This document shows, one piece after another, positions 8,174 to 16,847 of a DNA stretch of 24,000 nt. A program made the position numbers and the translations under genes. Source of the DNA: Paracoccus versutus (lineage in GTDB: Bacteria > Pseudomonadota > Alphaproteobacteria > Rhodobacterales > Rhodobacteraceae); contig NZ_JRKO01000020.1 in assembly GCF_000763885.1 (NCBI RefSeq), positions 24,602 to 48,601 on the forward strand, given 5' to 3'. The notes beneath the pieces are model-generated. The model saw only the letters and a list, made by a program, of their open reading frames with translations. It did no database searches and was not told the DNA's origin. Each line of letters starts with the position of its first letter. The first letter of the stretch is position 1.

Positions 8174-9250
8174 TCATTCGTCATAGGTGACGACCACGCG
8201 GTCGCTGACCGGATAGGCCTGGCAGCTCAGCACATAGCCCGCGCGGACCTCGTAATCTTCCAGCGCGTGGTTCACCGCCATCTCGACCTCGCCCTCCAGC
8301 ACCTTGCAGCGGCAGGTCGAGCAGACGCCCGCCTTGCAGGAATAGGGCGCGTCCATGTTGTTGGCCAGGGCCGCCTCCAGGATCGTCTCGCCCTCGCGCG
8401 GCATCTGGAAGGCGCGGGTGGCGCCGTCCAGCGTCACCGTGGCGGCCACGCCCTCGCCCGCGCCGGCCGCCTGGGCCGAGACGGGGCGGGCCTTGGCGCG
8501 GCCCGGCTGGCTGGAGGCGAACAGCTCGAACTTGATCTGCTCGTCGCGCAGCCCGTGGCCGCGCAGGGACGCCGCCACGGTCAGCATCATCGGCTCGGGG
8601 CCGCAGATGAAGGCGGTGTCGACCGCCTCGGCGTCCAGCCAATGCTGGAGCAGCGCCGTCATCTTGCCCTCGTCGATGCGGCCGGTGAACAGGTCGATCT
8701 CCTGCCCCTCCTGCTCCAGCACATGGATGACCGAGAAGCGGCCGAGATAGAGGTTCTTCAGATCCTCCAGCTCCTCGCGGAACATGATGGTGTTGATCTG
8801 GCGGTTGGCATAGACCAGCGTGAACTGCGCCCGCGGCTCGCGCGCCAGCACGGTCTTGATGATCGACAGCACCGGGGTGATGCCCGAGCCGGCGGCAAAG
8901 CCCAGATACTGCTTTTCCGCCTCGGGCTCGATCGGGGTGAAGAACTTGCCCATCGGCGGCATCGCCTCGATCTCGTCGCCGGGCGCCAGGTTCTCGTTGG
9001 CCCAGGTGCTGAAGGCGCCGCCGTCGACGCGCTTGATGCCCACGCGCAGGGTGCCTTCGTCCTTGCCGGCGCAGATCGAATAGGACCGGCGCAGCTCCTC
9101 GCCGTCGAAGTCGCGGCGGAAGGTCAGGTATTGGCCCTGGGTGAAGTCGAACAGCGCGCGGTCCTCGTCGCGGGGGGCCAGGGTGACGACCACCGCGTCG
9201 CGCGTCTCGCGACGCACATCGGTGACCTTCAGCGGATGGAAGCGTGCCAT
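8174..9250 (-). CDS. paaE: Phenylacetyl-CoA epoxidase reductase subunit (FNR-like domain plus 2Fe-2S ferredoxin)
   Basis: Motifs ..RRSYSICAG.., ..GSGITP.., and a C-terminal plant-type ferredoxin ..YSCKAGVCSTCRCKVLEGEV... GAAGGA lies upstream of the ATG. Confidence 0.9.
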   Translation of the reverse strand: MARFHPLKVTDVRRETRDAVVVTLAPRDEDRALFDFTQGQYLTFRRDFDGEELRRSYSICAGKDEGTLRVGIKRVDGGAFSTWANENLAPGDEIEAMPPMGKFFTPIEPEAEKQYLGFAAGSGITPVLSIIKTVLAREPRAQFTLVYANRQINTIMFREELEDLKNLYLGRFSVIHVLEQEGQEIDLFTGRIDEGKMTALLQHWLDAEAVDTAFICGPEPMMLTVAASLRGHGLRDEQIKFELFASSQPGRAKARPVSAQAAGAGEGVAATVTLDGATRAFQMPREGETILEAALANNMDAPYSCKAGVCSTCRCKVLEGEVEMAVNHALEDYEVRAGYVLSCQAYPVSDRVVVTYDE

Positions 9251-9281
9251 GGGGGTATCCTTCCTGAAGCGGGGCGCCTTC

Positions 9282-9803
9282 TTACAGGCATTTGAAATAG
9301 TCGAAGGGTTCCAGACAGTCCTTGCAGCGATAATTCGCCTTGCAGGGGGTCGAGCCGAACTGGCTGATCTTTTCGGTATTGGTCGAGCCGCAGCGCGGGC
9401 AGGCGATGGTCAGGTTCGCGCCGCTCATGCGGGCGATGCGCCCGGCCAGCACCCCGTCCGCCGCCGTGCCGTCGATGGGCGGCGCGATGCCATAGGCGCG
9501 CAGCTTTTCGCGGCCCGCCTGGGTGATCCAGTCGGTGGTCCAGGGCGGGGTCAGCTGGCGTTCCAGCCGCAGCTTGTCGATGCCGTGGCTGCGCAGCGCG
9601 GTCTCGATGTCCAGGTTGATGATGCTGGTCGCGGGGCAGCCGGAATAGGTCGGCGTGACCCTGACGACCAGCGTGTCGCCCTGCCATTCGACGCCGCGGA
9701 TGATGCCCAGGTCGGTCAGGCTGATCACCGGGATCTCCGGGTCGGGCACCTCGGACAGCCAGCCCCAGACCTGCTCGACGCTGGGATGGGTCGCAGCGGC
9801 CAT
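9282..9803 (-). CDS. paaD: Phenylacetyl-CoA epoxidase subunit PaaD
   Basis: Motifs ..DPEIPVISLTDLGIIRGV.., ..VTPTYSGCPAT.., and a C-terminal Cys cluster CPRCGS..CKDC. Confidence 0.88.
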   Translation of the reverse strand: MAAATHPSVEQVWGWLSEVPDPEIPVISLTDLGIIRGVEWQGDTLVVRVTPTYSGCPATSIINLDIETALRSHGIDKLRLERQLTPPWTTDWITQAGREKLRAYGIAPPIDGTAADGVLAGRIARMSGANLTIACPRCGSTNTEKISQFGSTPCKANYRCKDCLEPFDYFKCL

Positions 9804-9808
9804 GGGCT

Positions 9809-10663
9809 TTACCAGCTGGCGCCGGGATAGGCGCGTTGCAGGAACTGCATCTCGGCCAGGATATAGCCCAGATGTTCCGTGTGGATGCCCTGCTTGCCGC
9901 CCTTGTGCGCAAAGTCGCTTGCGGGGATCTGCAAGGTCGCCTCGCCCAGCACGTGGCGCAGCGTGGCGTCCCAGCCGGCGCGCAGGCTGGCCGGATCGGG
10001 GGCGATGCCGCGCGCGGCCATCTGGGCATCCTTGTCGTCGCCCAGGAACATCTCGCCGGCATAGGGCCAGAGCGCGTCCAGCGCCTGCTGCATCCGGCGG
10101 TGGCTTTCCTCGGTCCCGTCGCCCAGCCGCACCACCAGGTCGGACGAGCGTTCCAGGTGATAGGCCACTTCCTTGCCGGCCTTGGCCGCGATTTCGGCCA
10201 CGCGCGGGTCCGAGGATGCCGCCAGCCCCTTCAGCAGTTCATGGTGCCAGGCGTCGAACAGGAACTGCCGCATCAGCGTATGGCCGAAATCGCCGTTCGG
10301 ACGCTCGCAGATCAGCAGGTTGCGGAAATCCCAGGCGTCGCGCAGATAGGCCAGGTCGTCGGCCGAGCGGCCCTGCCCCTCGACCTCGCCGGCAAGCCCC
10401 AGCCACAGCTGGGTCTGGCCGATCAGGTCCAGCGCCACGTTGGCCAGCGCGATGTCTTCCTCGAGCGCCGGCGAATGGCCGCACCATTCGGACACGCGAT
10501 GGCCCAGGACCAGGGCGCTGTCGCCGATGCGCAGCAGCGTCTCGAAGAACGCCTCCTGGCCCTCGTCGGGCTGGGGCACGGTCGGATGGGCCGGATGGGC
10601 CTCGGCCTGATGCCGGGCCAGTTCCGCCACCTGGGGCGTGGTCATGTCGGGCAGCGACGGCAT
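9809..10663 (-). CDS. paaC: Phenylacetyl-CoA epoxidase structural subunit PaaC
   Basis: Ferritin-like PaaA/PaaC family sequence (..LLRIGDSALVLGHRVSEWCGHSPALEEDIALANVALDLIGQ.., ..KEVAYHLERS..) without intact ExxH pairs. The start ATG at 10663 overlaps the paaB stop (TGATG). An alternative ATG lies at 10645. Confidence 0.85.
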   Translation of the reverse strand: MPSLPDMTTPQVAELARHQAEAHPAHPTVPQPDEGQEAFFETLLRIGDSALVLGHRVSEWCGHSPALEEDIALANVALDLIGQTQLWLGLAGEVEGQGRSADDLAYLRDAWDFRNLLICERPNGDFGHTLMRQFLFDAWHHELLKGLAASSDPRVAEIAAKAGKEVAYHLERSSDLVVRLGDGTEESHRRMQQALDALWPYAGEMFLGDDKDAQMAARGIAPDPASLRAGWDATLRHVLGEATLQIPASDFAHKGGKQGIHTEHLGYILAEMQFLQRAYPGASW

Positions 10664-10947
10664 CACATATGCCCCACTTCTTCGGGAATGTCGAAAAAGG
10701 TCGGGTGGCGATAGACCTTGGCGTTCGAGGGCTCGAACAGCGGCCCCTTTTCCGAGGGGCTCGACGCGGTGATCTGCGCCGAGGGCACCACCCAGATCGA
10801 CACGCCCTCGTTGCGGCGGGTATAGACGTCGCGGGCGTTCATGATCGCCATTTCGGCGTCGGGCGCGTGCAGGCTGCCGACATGGCGGTGGTTCAGCCCG
10901 TGCTGGCCCCGGATGAAGACTTCCCAGAGCGGCCATTCCTTGGACAT
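10663..10947 (-). CDS. paaB: Phenylacetyl-CoA epoxidase subunit PaaB
   Basis: 94 aa: MSKEWPLWEVFIRGQHGLNHRHVGSLHAPDAEMAIMNARDVYTRR.., a typical PaaB. Confidence 0.9.
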   Translation of the reverse strand: MSKEWPLWEVFIRGQHGLNHRHVGSLHAPDAEMAIMNARDVYTRRNEGVSIWVVPSAQITASSPSEKGPLFEPSNAKVYRHPTFFDIPEEVGHM

Positions 10948-10971
10948 GGTTCTCTCTCCCTAAACTTGGTT

Positions 10972-11000
10972 GCGCCCCGGACCCGGTTGTCCGGCGGCGC
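10972..11000 (-). other. Intercistronic hairpin between paaA and paaB
   Basis: The core is CCGGAC (10977-10982) paired with GTCCGG (10989-10994) around a 6-nt loop. It can extend by 5 more GC pairs if there is a 1-nt bulge. It lies in the 73-nt paaA-paaB gap. Confidence 0.3.
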
Positions 11001-11020
11001 CGTTCCTGGCGATTGCGGGC

Positions 11021-12010
11021 TTACTCGGCGGCCTGCGCGCGGCGGGCTGCGGCCTTCTCGGCATGCGCCATCAGCCCCTCGCGGAACCAGGCGCCGTCCT
11101 CCCAGGCCTTGACGCGGGCGCCCAGCCGGTCCTTGTTGCAGGGCCCGTTGCCGGCGATCACGTCGAAGAATTCCGACCAGTCCGGCTCGCTGAAATCGTG
11201 GCCGCCCTTTTCCTCGTTCCATTTCAGGTCCGGGTCGGGAACGGTCAGGCCCAGGTATTCCGCCTGCGGCACGGTCTGGTCGACGAATTTCTGCCGCAGC
11301 TCGTCATTGGTGTTGATCTTGATCTTCCAGGCCATCGACTGCGCCGAATGCACCGAATCCTTGTCCGAGGGGCCGAACATCATCAGCGCCGGATACCAGA
11401 AGCGGTTCAGCGCGTCCTGCGCCATGCGCTTCTGCGCGGGGGTGCCCTGGGCCAGCTTCATCATCACCGCATAGCCCTGGCGCTGGTGGAAGCTTTCCTC
11501 CTTGCAGATGCGGATCATGGCGCGGGAATAGGGACCGTAGGAGGTGCGTTGCAGTGGCACCTGGTTCATGATCGCCGCGCCATCGACCAGCCAGCCCACC
11601 GCGCCCATGTCGGCCCAGGTCAGCGTCGGATAGTTGAAGATCGAGGAATATTTCATCTTGCCGGCGTGCAAGAGCTCCATCAGCTCGTCGCGCGAGACGC
11701 CCAGCGTCTCGGCCGCCGAGTAGAGATAGAGCCCGTGCCCGGCCTCGTCCTGGACCTTGGCCAAGAGGATCGCCTTGCGCTCCAGCGTGGGGGCGCGGGT
11801 GATCCAGTTGCCCTCGGGCAGCTGGCCGACGATCTCGCTATGGGCGTGCTGGCCGATCTGGCGGACCAGCGTCTTGCGATAACCCTCGGGCATCCATTCC
11901 TTGGGCTCGATCTTCTCGCCGCGGTCGATGCGCTCCTGGAAGGCGATCTCCTGGGGGGTCATCTCCTCGCGGGCTTTCATCCCTTCGGACTTCACAAGCT
12001 GGGCATACAT
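11021..12010 (-). CDS. paaA: Phenylacetyl-CoA epoxidase catalytic subunit PaaA
   Basis: Motifs ..[19 protein letters not shown].., and di-iron ExxH motifs ..VQDEAGH.. and ..CKEESFH... GGGAGAAG lies upstream of ATG 12010. In-frame downstream Met codons are possible alternative starts. Confidence 0.9.
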   Translation of the reverse strand: MYAQLVKSEGMKAREEMTPQEIAFQERIDRGEKIEPKEWMPEGYRKTLVRQIGQHAHSEIVGQLPEGNWITRAPTLERKAILLAKVQDEAGHGLYLYSAAETLGVSRDELMELLHAGKMKYSSIFNYPTLTWADMGAVGWLVDGAAIMNQVPLQRTSYGPYSRAMIRICKEESFHQRQGYAVMMKLAQGTPAQKRMAQDALNRFWYPALMMFGPSDKDSVHSAQSMAWKIKINTNDELRQKFVDQTVPQAEYLGLTVPDPDLKWNEEKGGHDFSEPDWSEFFDVIAGNGPCNKDRLGARVKAWEDGAWFREGLMAHAEKAAARRAQAAE

Positions 12011-12028
12011 GGCAAACTTCTCCCTGGG

Positions 12029-13234
12029 TCAAACGCGTTCGAGGATCAGCGCGATGCCTTGCCCCACGCCGATGCACATGGTGCAAAGCGCATAGCGCCC
12101 GCCGGTGCGATGCAGCTGATACATCGCCGTCGTCACAAGCCGGGCCCCCGACATGCCAAGCGGGTGGCCAAGCGCGATGGCGCCGCCGTTGGGGTTCACA
12201 TGGGCGGCGTCGTCGGGCAGGCCAAGGTCGCGCAGGGTCGCCAGCGCCTGGCTGGCGAAGGCCTCGTTCAATTCTATCACATCCATCTGGTCGATGGTCA
12301 GTCCCGCGCGCGCCAGCACCTTTTTCGCCGCCGGCGCCGGGCCGATGCCCATGATGCGCGGCTCGACCCCCGCCGCCGCCATGGCGACGATGCGCGCCTT
12401 GGGCGTCAGGCCGTGCCGTTCCGCCGCCTCGCCGGACAGGATCGCCAGCGCCGCGGCGCCGTCGTTCACGCCCGAGGCATTGCCCGCCGTCACCGACAGA
12501 TCGGGGCCGTTCACGCCCTTGAGCCGGGCCAGCGTCTCGGCCGTGGTGCCGGGGCGCGGATGCTCGTCGGTGTCGAAGACCACCGGCTCGCCCTTTTTCT
12601 GCGGGATGGTGACGGGCACGATCTCGTCGGCAAAGACGCCGGCCTGCTGCGCCGCTTCCCAGCGGGCCTGGCTCTGCGCGGCAAAGGCGTCCTGGTCGGC
12701 GCGGCTGACGGCGAAATCGGCGGCGACGTTGTCGGCGGTCTGCGGCATCGAGTCGATGCCGAACCGGGCCTTCATCGCCGGGTTGACGAAGCGCCAGCCG
12801 ATGGTGGTGTCATAGACCGCATTGGCGCGGGAAAAGGCGCTTTCCGCCTTGGGCATCACGAAGGGGGCGCGGGTCATGCTTTCGACGCCGCCGGCGATGA
12901 CGAAATCGCAATCGCCCGCCTTGATCGCGCGGGCCGCCATGCCGACCGCATCCATCCCCGAGCCGCAAAGCCGGTTCACCGTGGTCCCCGGCACCGCGAC
13001 GGGCATGCCCGCCAGCAGCACCGCCATGCGGCCCACGTTGCGGTTGTCCTCGCCCGCCTGGTTGGCGCAGCCATAGATCAGGTCGTCGACCGCCGCCCAG
13101 TCCACGCCGGGGTTGCGCTCCATCAGCGCCTTCAGCGGCACTGCCGCCAGGTCGTCCGCCCGGACCGAGGCCAGCGCCCCGCCATAGCGACCAATCGGCG
13201 TGCGCACCGCGTCACAGATGAAGGCGTCCTGCAT
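12029..13234 (-). CDS. paaJ: 3-oxoadipyl-CoA / 3-oxo-5,6-dehydrosuberyl-CoA thiolase
   Basis: Thiolase motifs ..VNRLCGSGMDAV.., ..NEAFASQ.., ..GGAIALGHPLGMSGARL.., ..CIGVGQGIA... The start is MQDAFICDAVRTPIGR at 13234, with GGGAGAGAG upstream. It is the first gene of the paa operon. Confidence 0.88.
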   Translation of the reverse strand: MQDAFICDAVRTPIGRYGGALASVRADDLAAVPLKALMERNPGVDWAAVDDLIYGCANQAGEDNRNVGRMAVLLAGMPVAVPGTTVNRLCGSGMDAVGMAARAIKAGDCDFVIAGGVESMTRAPFVMPKAESAFSRANAVYDTTIGWRFVNPAMKARFGIDSMPQTADNVAADFAVSRADQDAFAAQSQARWEAAQQAGVFADEIVPVTIPQKKGEPVVFDTDEHPRPGTTAETLARLKGVNGPDLSVTAGNASGVNDGAAALAILSGEAAERHGLTPKARIVAMAAAGVEPRIMGIGPAPAAKKVLARAGLTIDQMDVIELNEAFASQALATLRDLGLPDDAAHVNPNGGAIALGHPLGMSGARLVTTAMYQLHRTGGRYALCTMCIGVGQGIALILERV

Positions 13235-13317
13235 GCTCTCTCCCATTTTCAAGACGAAAGACCGGCGATTCTCCAATTCGCCGACCGATTGGTCAGTTTA
13301 TACATGGCCAAACATCA
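13235..13317 (-). promoter_or_regulatory. Putative paa operon promoter/operator region
   Basis: This is the lowest-GC stretch in the window. Read on the - strand it has a TATAAA -10-like hexamer. Downstream lie an imperfect palindrome GACCGATTGGTC (13283-13294) and GGCGATTCTCCAATTCGCC (13264-13282), which carries a GATTC core like the E. coli PaaX box (from memory). No transcription start is known. Confidence 0.35.
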
Positions 13318-13365
13318 CAAAGAAAGAAAATTCTTCGCACGCCGTGTAATGTCTGGCGGCATGCG
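13318..13365 (-). terminator. Rho-independent-like terminator after paaX
   Basis: Read on the - strand: CGCAUGCCG, a 12-nt loop, then CGGCGUGCG. That is a 9-bp stem with one G.U pair (13336-13365). It is followed by AAGAAUUUUCUUUCUUU. Confidence 0.5.
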
Positions 13366-13382
13366 AAAAAGATAATTTCAAT

Positions 13383-14237
13383 TCAGCCGGTTATCCTGCA
13401 CAGATCGGCCAGTCGCTCTTCGCTCTGGGCGGTTTTCTCGGGCAGGAAGCCGTCGCCGCCCTCGAAATGCGCCCCGATCCAGCGTTCCGCCGCCGGGGAA
13501 AGCTGGCAATAGAGGCGGCGGAACAGCGCCCGCGCCTCGTGCCCCTGCCAGTCCGGCGGCAGGGCGGCCTGCGGCAGGCGCGGGTCGCGCAGCAGCACGC
13601 CGCGATAGTCATGCACCAAAAGCAGCCGGGCGATCAGCGCCATCTCGTCGGACAGCGCCGCGCCCGCCTCGGCCAGGGGCGCAAACCGCGCCAGCATGTC
13701 GAGATAACGCTGATGCAGCGCCGAGAGATCCCAGAACTGCCCGATCCGGCCAAGCGCCGGCGGGTCCGGGGCGTGAAAGACCAGCGCGCCTTCCGGCACC
13801 GGCTGGCCGCGGTCGGGCCGGATGAAGACCGCCCCGCCCATATGGCCCATGCGCTGGTGGCGGGCCTCGTCCTCGGTCAGCTCCGGGGCGTGCAGGATCT
13901 GCCAGCCCCGCGCCGGCACCTCGGCCTTGTAGAGCAGCCCCGCCGCCTGGTCGAATTCCCGCTGGGCCGAGGCGTCCAGCCGGTAATAGCTGTGCCGCCC
14001 CAGCCGCTCGCCGCGCAGCCGATGCGCGGCGACCAGGCGCGAGACGGCGGTGCGCACCAGCGATTCGCTGATGCCGACCCGCTCGCAGACCTCGATCAGC
14101 GTGCCGGTCCACAGTACGCCGCCGCGCGGCACCACCACGTCGCCATAGACGGTGACGATGAACGCGGCCGAACGCAGCGCCATTCCCTGCAATATTCCGT
14201 CGATCAGCCCGCGCTCGGCCATTCCGCCCCGCCGCAT
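13383..14237 (-). CDS. paaX: Phenylacetic acid degradation operon repressor PaaX
   Basis: ..AAFIVTVYGDVVVPRGGVLWTGTLIEVCERVGISESLVRTAVSRLVAAHRLRGERLGRHSYYRL.. matches the E. coli PaaX N-terminal winged-helix region as I remember it. The start is ATG 14237 or 14222. Confidence 0.85.
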   Translation of the reverse strand: MRRGGMAERGLIDGILQGMALRSAAFIVTVYGDVVVPRGGVLWTGTLIEVCERVGISESLVRTAVSRLVAAHRLRGERLGRHSYYRLDASAQREFDQAAGLLYKAEVPARGWQILHAPELTEDEARHQRMGHMGGAVFIRPDRGQPVPEGALVFHAPDPPALGRIGQFWDLSALHQRYLDMLARFAPLAEAGAALSDEMALIARLLLVHDYRGVLLRDPRLPQAALPPDWQGHEARALFRRLYCQLSPAAERWIGAHFEGGDGFLPEKTAQSEERLADLCRITG

Positions 14238-14320
14238 GTTTCCCCGCTGCCTGCAACCGCCGCCATAGAAGCCCGGAAAGCGGTCATGTGCAACGCGGCT
14301 TGCCCCTCGGGCGCGGAGAT

Positions 14321-14346
14321 GCCGGCCACCTGTCGCGATGGCCGGC
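14321..14346 (-). terminator. Hairpin after the acylase gene
   Basis: GCCGGCCA (14321-14328) pairs with TGGCCGGC (14339-14346) around a 10-nt loop. It lies 7 nt past the acylase stop on the - strand. There is no U-tract. Confidence 0.35.
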
Positions 14347-14352
14347 CGGTTC

Positions 14353-16725
14353 CTAGCGCGGAACGGCGATGGTTTCGCGCGACACGGCGGTCGCCTCGAC
14401 CTCGTCGCGGGTCAGCGCCTGTGGGCGGCAGTCGAAGCCCTCGTAAAGCGCCAGCTGGTCCTCGTAATGCGGCGAGGCCTCGCCCGAGGGGCTGATGAAC
14501 CCGCTCTGGCCCGGAGGGGTCACGGCGCAGAACTCGGCCCTGCCGTCGCGGAAGGTGATCCGGTTGTTCTCGGTGCCGCGGTTCATCGCGGTGCCGATGG
14601 CGCGGACCTCGTCCTCGCCGGCCTGCGGGATGCCCAGGTAGTTGCTGGTCTCGAACACATGCTGCTTGATCTCGATGCGCCAGTCCGCGGGCTCCTGGCT
14701 GCCGAACCTGTCGGCCAGCCGCGCCGCCGCCTTGTCGAGCGAGGCGAGGATGATCTCGTTGCGGCCCCCCTCGTCGGCGCCGTTGAAGAAATCATGGGTC
14801 TGCGGCACGCCGGCCCGTTCGCCCAGCAGCGCGTTGTGCAGCATCTGCGCGGCGCGCGAGATACGGTTGTAAAGGATCGCCGGCGGGATGGCCGGGCTGT
14901 CGTCGCGCAGCACGTCCTCGACCATCACGTCCAGCCAGGCCTGGAACAGCCCCACCGCCGGGGTGGCGGCGCGGCCGTCCTCGGCCCGGATCTGCTGCCG
15001 GTCCCAGTTGCGCAGGATCTCGACCAGTTCGGCGCGCTGGCTTTGCGGATCGATGCCCTCGGCCGCATCGAGGATGAAGGGCAGGAAATAGCGGGCGTTG
15101 ATGTCGAGGAAGCTGATCTCGCGGTTGATGTTCCAGACCTCCTCGGGGGTCAGCTTGTCCTTGGCGTCCAGCCGCGCGGTGATCTCGACCACCCGGTCGG
15201 CGCTGCCCCAGGGCGTGGCCTCGAAATTCGCGGCGTCCCCCTTGGCCGAGCGGTTGTTCCAGTTCGCGATCCAGCCCTGGCTGGGGTTATAGGCCTTGGG
15301 CGCATCGGCAAAGGGCCGCAGGCCCTGCCAGTCGTCCTTGCCCGGCTGGGCCGGCAGGCGCTGGTCGTGGCCTTCGGCGCGGACCGGGACATGGCCGGGC
15401 GAGACATAGCCGATATTCCCGTCCCGGTCGGCGTAATACCAGTTGATCGTGGTCGCGACCCTTTCCGCCTGGTCCAGCCATTCCTGGTAATTCTGCGCCT
15501 TGGTCGAGTTCACCCAGGCCATGAGCGTCGAGATCTCCTGCCCCTTCCAGGCGCGGTTGAAGGCATAGGCGGTCGCCGTCTCGGGGTCGATCTGGCCGAC
15601 CACGCCGTAATCGCTTTCCCAGACCGTGGTCTCGACCTCGGGCTGGCCCTTGACGCGGAAGGTCTCGCGGCGCGCCGTCATCTCCTTCCAGCCGTCGCCG
15701 GCGCGGTATTGCCGCGGATTCTCGGGGTTCAGCTCCAGCCGGTAGTAGTCGTTCACGTCGCGCGGCCCGGCCGTGGCGCCCCAGCCGATGGTGCCATTGG
15801 TCCCGAACAGCACATTGGGAACCGCAAAGGGCGTGTTGCCGGTCAGGTCGAACCCGGCGCCATGCAGGCCGATGCTGAAGACATAGGACGGGTTGAAATT
15901 GCCGAATTGCGGGCCGTTGATCAGGATGGTGCTGCCGTCGGTGGTCTTTTGCGGCCCGGCGATCCACAGGTTGCTGGCGCGCGGACGCCCATCGTCGCCG
16001 GGCAGGTCCGGCGCGTTCAGCAGCGCGGCAAAGCGGCTGGCCGAAGGCGGGGTCAGCGCGGCCTTGCGCTGGTATTGCTCGCCCTCGGGCACGGTGGTCG
16101 GGGCCAGCGGGTCTTCGTCCCAGAACATCTGGTCGAAAAGCGCGCGTGCCTGTTCGGCGCCGAATTGCGCCTCCAGCTCGGCCAGCGTCCTGGCATTGGC
16201 CAGTTCGGAGCTGTAGCCCGAAAAGCGGCCGGCCATGGTCCCGACATAGATCATCGCCACGTCGAATTCGGTCCAGCGGCGGGGCTTGAAGCCGAAATCG
16301 TTGAACTGCTTGGGCATCAGCCCGGCCGGTTTGGCCAGAACCCGGTCCACCCACAGGTTGAAGCCCGCCGCATAGCCACGCAGGATGTCACGCTCTTCCG
16401 GCGCCAGCGCCTCGATCTGGCGGCGGATCTCGGCATGGTCGAACATCGCGCGGGTCTGGATGTCGAAGGGCAGCCGCTCGATGACCAGCACCTCGGCCAC
16501 CTCGCCCAGGACCGAGCGCCGCGCCATCTCCATCTGGAACAGCCGGTCCTGCGCCACGCTGTAGCCGAAGCCCGCGTAAAGCCCATGCACGTCGTCGGCA
16601 TAGACATGCGGCACGCCCCAGCTGTCGCGGATGATCTCGACCTTGGTGTCGGCCAGCGCCGGGCAGGCCAGAAGGGCAGAAAGGCCAGCCGACAGCAGCA
16701 GGCGGCCAAGCGAAGACCTGAGCAT
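14353..16725 (-). CDS. pac: Penicillin G acylase-family Ntn hydrolase (S45), secreted precursor
   Basis: The signal peptide is MLRSSLGRLLLSAGLSALLACPALA. The alpha-chain start reads ..IIRDSWGVPHVYADD... The beta-chain N-terminal nucleophile context is ..ASNLWIAGPQKTTDGSTILINGPQFGNFNPSYVFSIGLHGAGFDLTGNTPF.. (compare E. coli SNMWVIG..NGPQFGW..GLHGAGYDVTGNTPF). GGAGGAGAA lies upstream of ATG 16725. Confidence 0.88.
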   Translation of the reverse strand: MLRSSLGRLLLSAGLSALLACPALADTKVEIIRDSWGVPHVYADDVHGLYAGFGYSVAQDRLFQMEMARRSVLGEVAEVLVIERLPFDIQTRAMFDHAEIRRQIEALAPEERDILRGYAAGFNLWVDRVLAKPAGLMPKQFNDFGFKPRRWTEFDVAMIYVGTMAGRFSGYSSELANARTLAELEAQFGAEQARALFDQMFWDEDPLAPTTVPEGEQYQRKAALTPPSASRFAALLNAPDLPGDDGRPRASNLWIAGPQKTTDGSTILINGPQFGNFNPSYVFSIGLHGAGFDLTGNTPFAVPNVLFGTNGTIGWGATAGPRDVNDYYRLELNPENPRQYRAGDGWKEMTARRETFRVKGQPEVETTVWESDYGVVGQIDPETATAYAFNRAWKGQEISTLMAWVNSTKAQNYQEWLDQAERVATTINWYYADRDGNIGYVSPGHVPVRAEGHDQRLPAQPGKDDWQGLRPFADAPKAYNPSQGWIANWNNRSAKGDAANFEATPWGSADRVVEITARLDAKDKLTPEEVWNINREISFLDINARYFLPFILDAAEGIDPQSQRAELVEILRNWDRQQIRAEDGRAATPAVGLFQAWLDVMVEDVLRDDSPAIPPAILYNRISRAAQMLHNALLGERAGVPQTHDFFNGADEGGRNEIILASLDKAAARLADRFGSQEPADWRIEIKQHVFETSNYLGIPQAGEDEVRAIGTAMNRGTENNRITFRDGRAEFCAVTPPGQSGFISPSGEASPHYEDQLALYEGFDCRPQALTRDEVEATAVSRETIAVPR

Positions 16726-16810
16726 GTGATTCTCCTCCGGGTGCAAGCGCCTCCTCCGGCGCATGGCCATGGTTATCCTTAACCGTCCGGTCGGTCAATT
16801 ATTGAAGGCA

Positions 16811-16847
16811 CCCATCCGCCGGCGGCCGCCCTGCGCCGGCGGATGGG
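16811..16847. repeat. Perfect 14-bp inverted repeat (37-bp palindromic element) in the divergent intergenic region
   Basis: CCCATCCGCCGGCG (16811-16824), a 9-nt spacer, then CGCCGGCGGATGGG (16834-16847). A third direct copy of the 11-mer CCCATCCGCCG lies at 16918-16928. Confidence 0.9.

Noticed and set aside
10970-13375. 801-aa + strand ORF over paaA and the thiolase
   Set aside because: It is antisense to two genes with unmistakable family motifs, and it has no motifs of its own. Shadow ORF.
16726-16770. Upstream in-frame start for the acylase, giving MAMRRRRRLHPEENH-, a possible twin-arginine (Tat) signal. E. coli PGA is Tat-exported, and AAGGA precedes ATG 16770.
   Set aside because: The Arg run is encoded by CGC CGG AGG AGG CGC. 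The AGG AGG pair uses rare codons for this GC content and looks like a Shine-Dalgarno duplicate (CCGGAGGAG occurs twice, at 16732-16740 and 16751-16759). An acidic PEENH stretch separates the Arg run from the hydrophobic core, which is atypical for Tat signals. ATG 16725 has an ideally spaced GGAGGA. I keep this as an alternative start, not a claim.
14338-16782. 814-aa + strand ORF over the acylase gene
   Set aside because: It is an antisense shadow of the penicillin-acylase homologue, and its composition is the same low-complexity type.
13283-16800. Shared CCGACCG / GACCGA-type strings between the paa leader (13281-13294) and the acylase upstream region (16787-16799), considered as a second common operator
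   Set aside because: Only a 7-mer is shared and it is GC-rich. That is well within chance expectation for regions of this size and composition.
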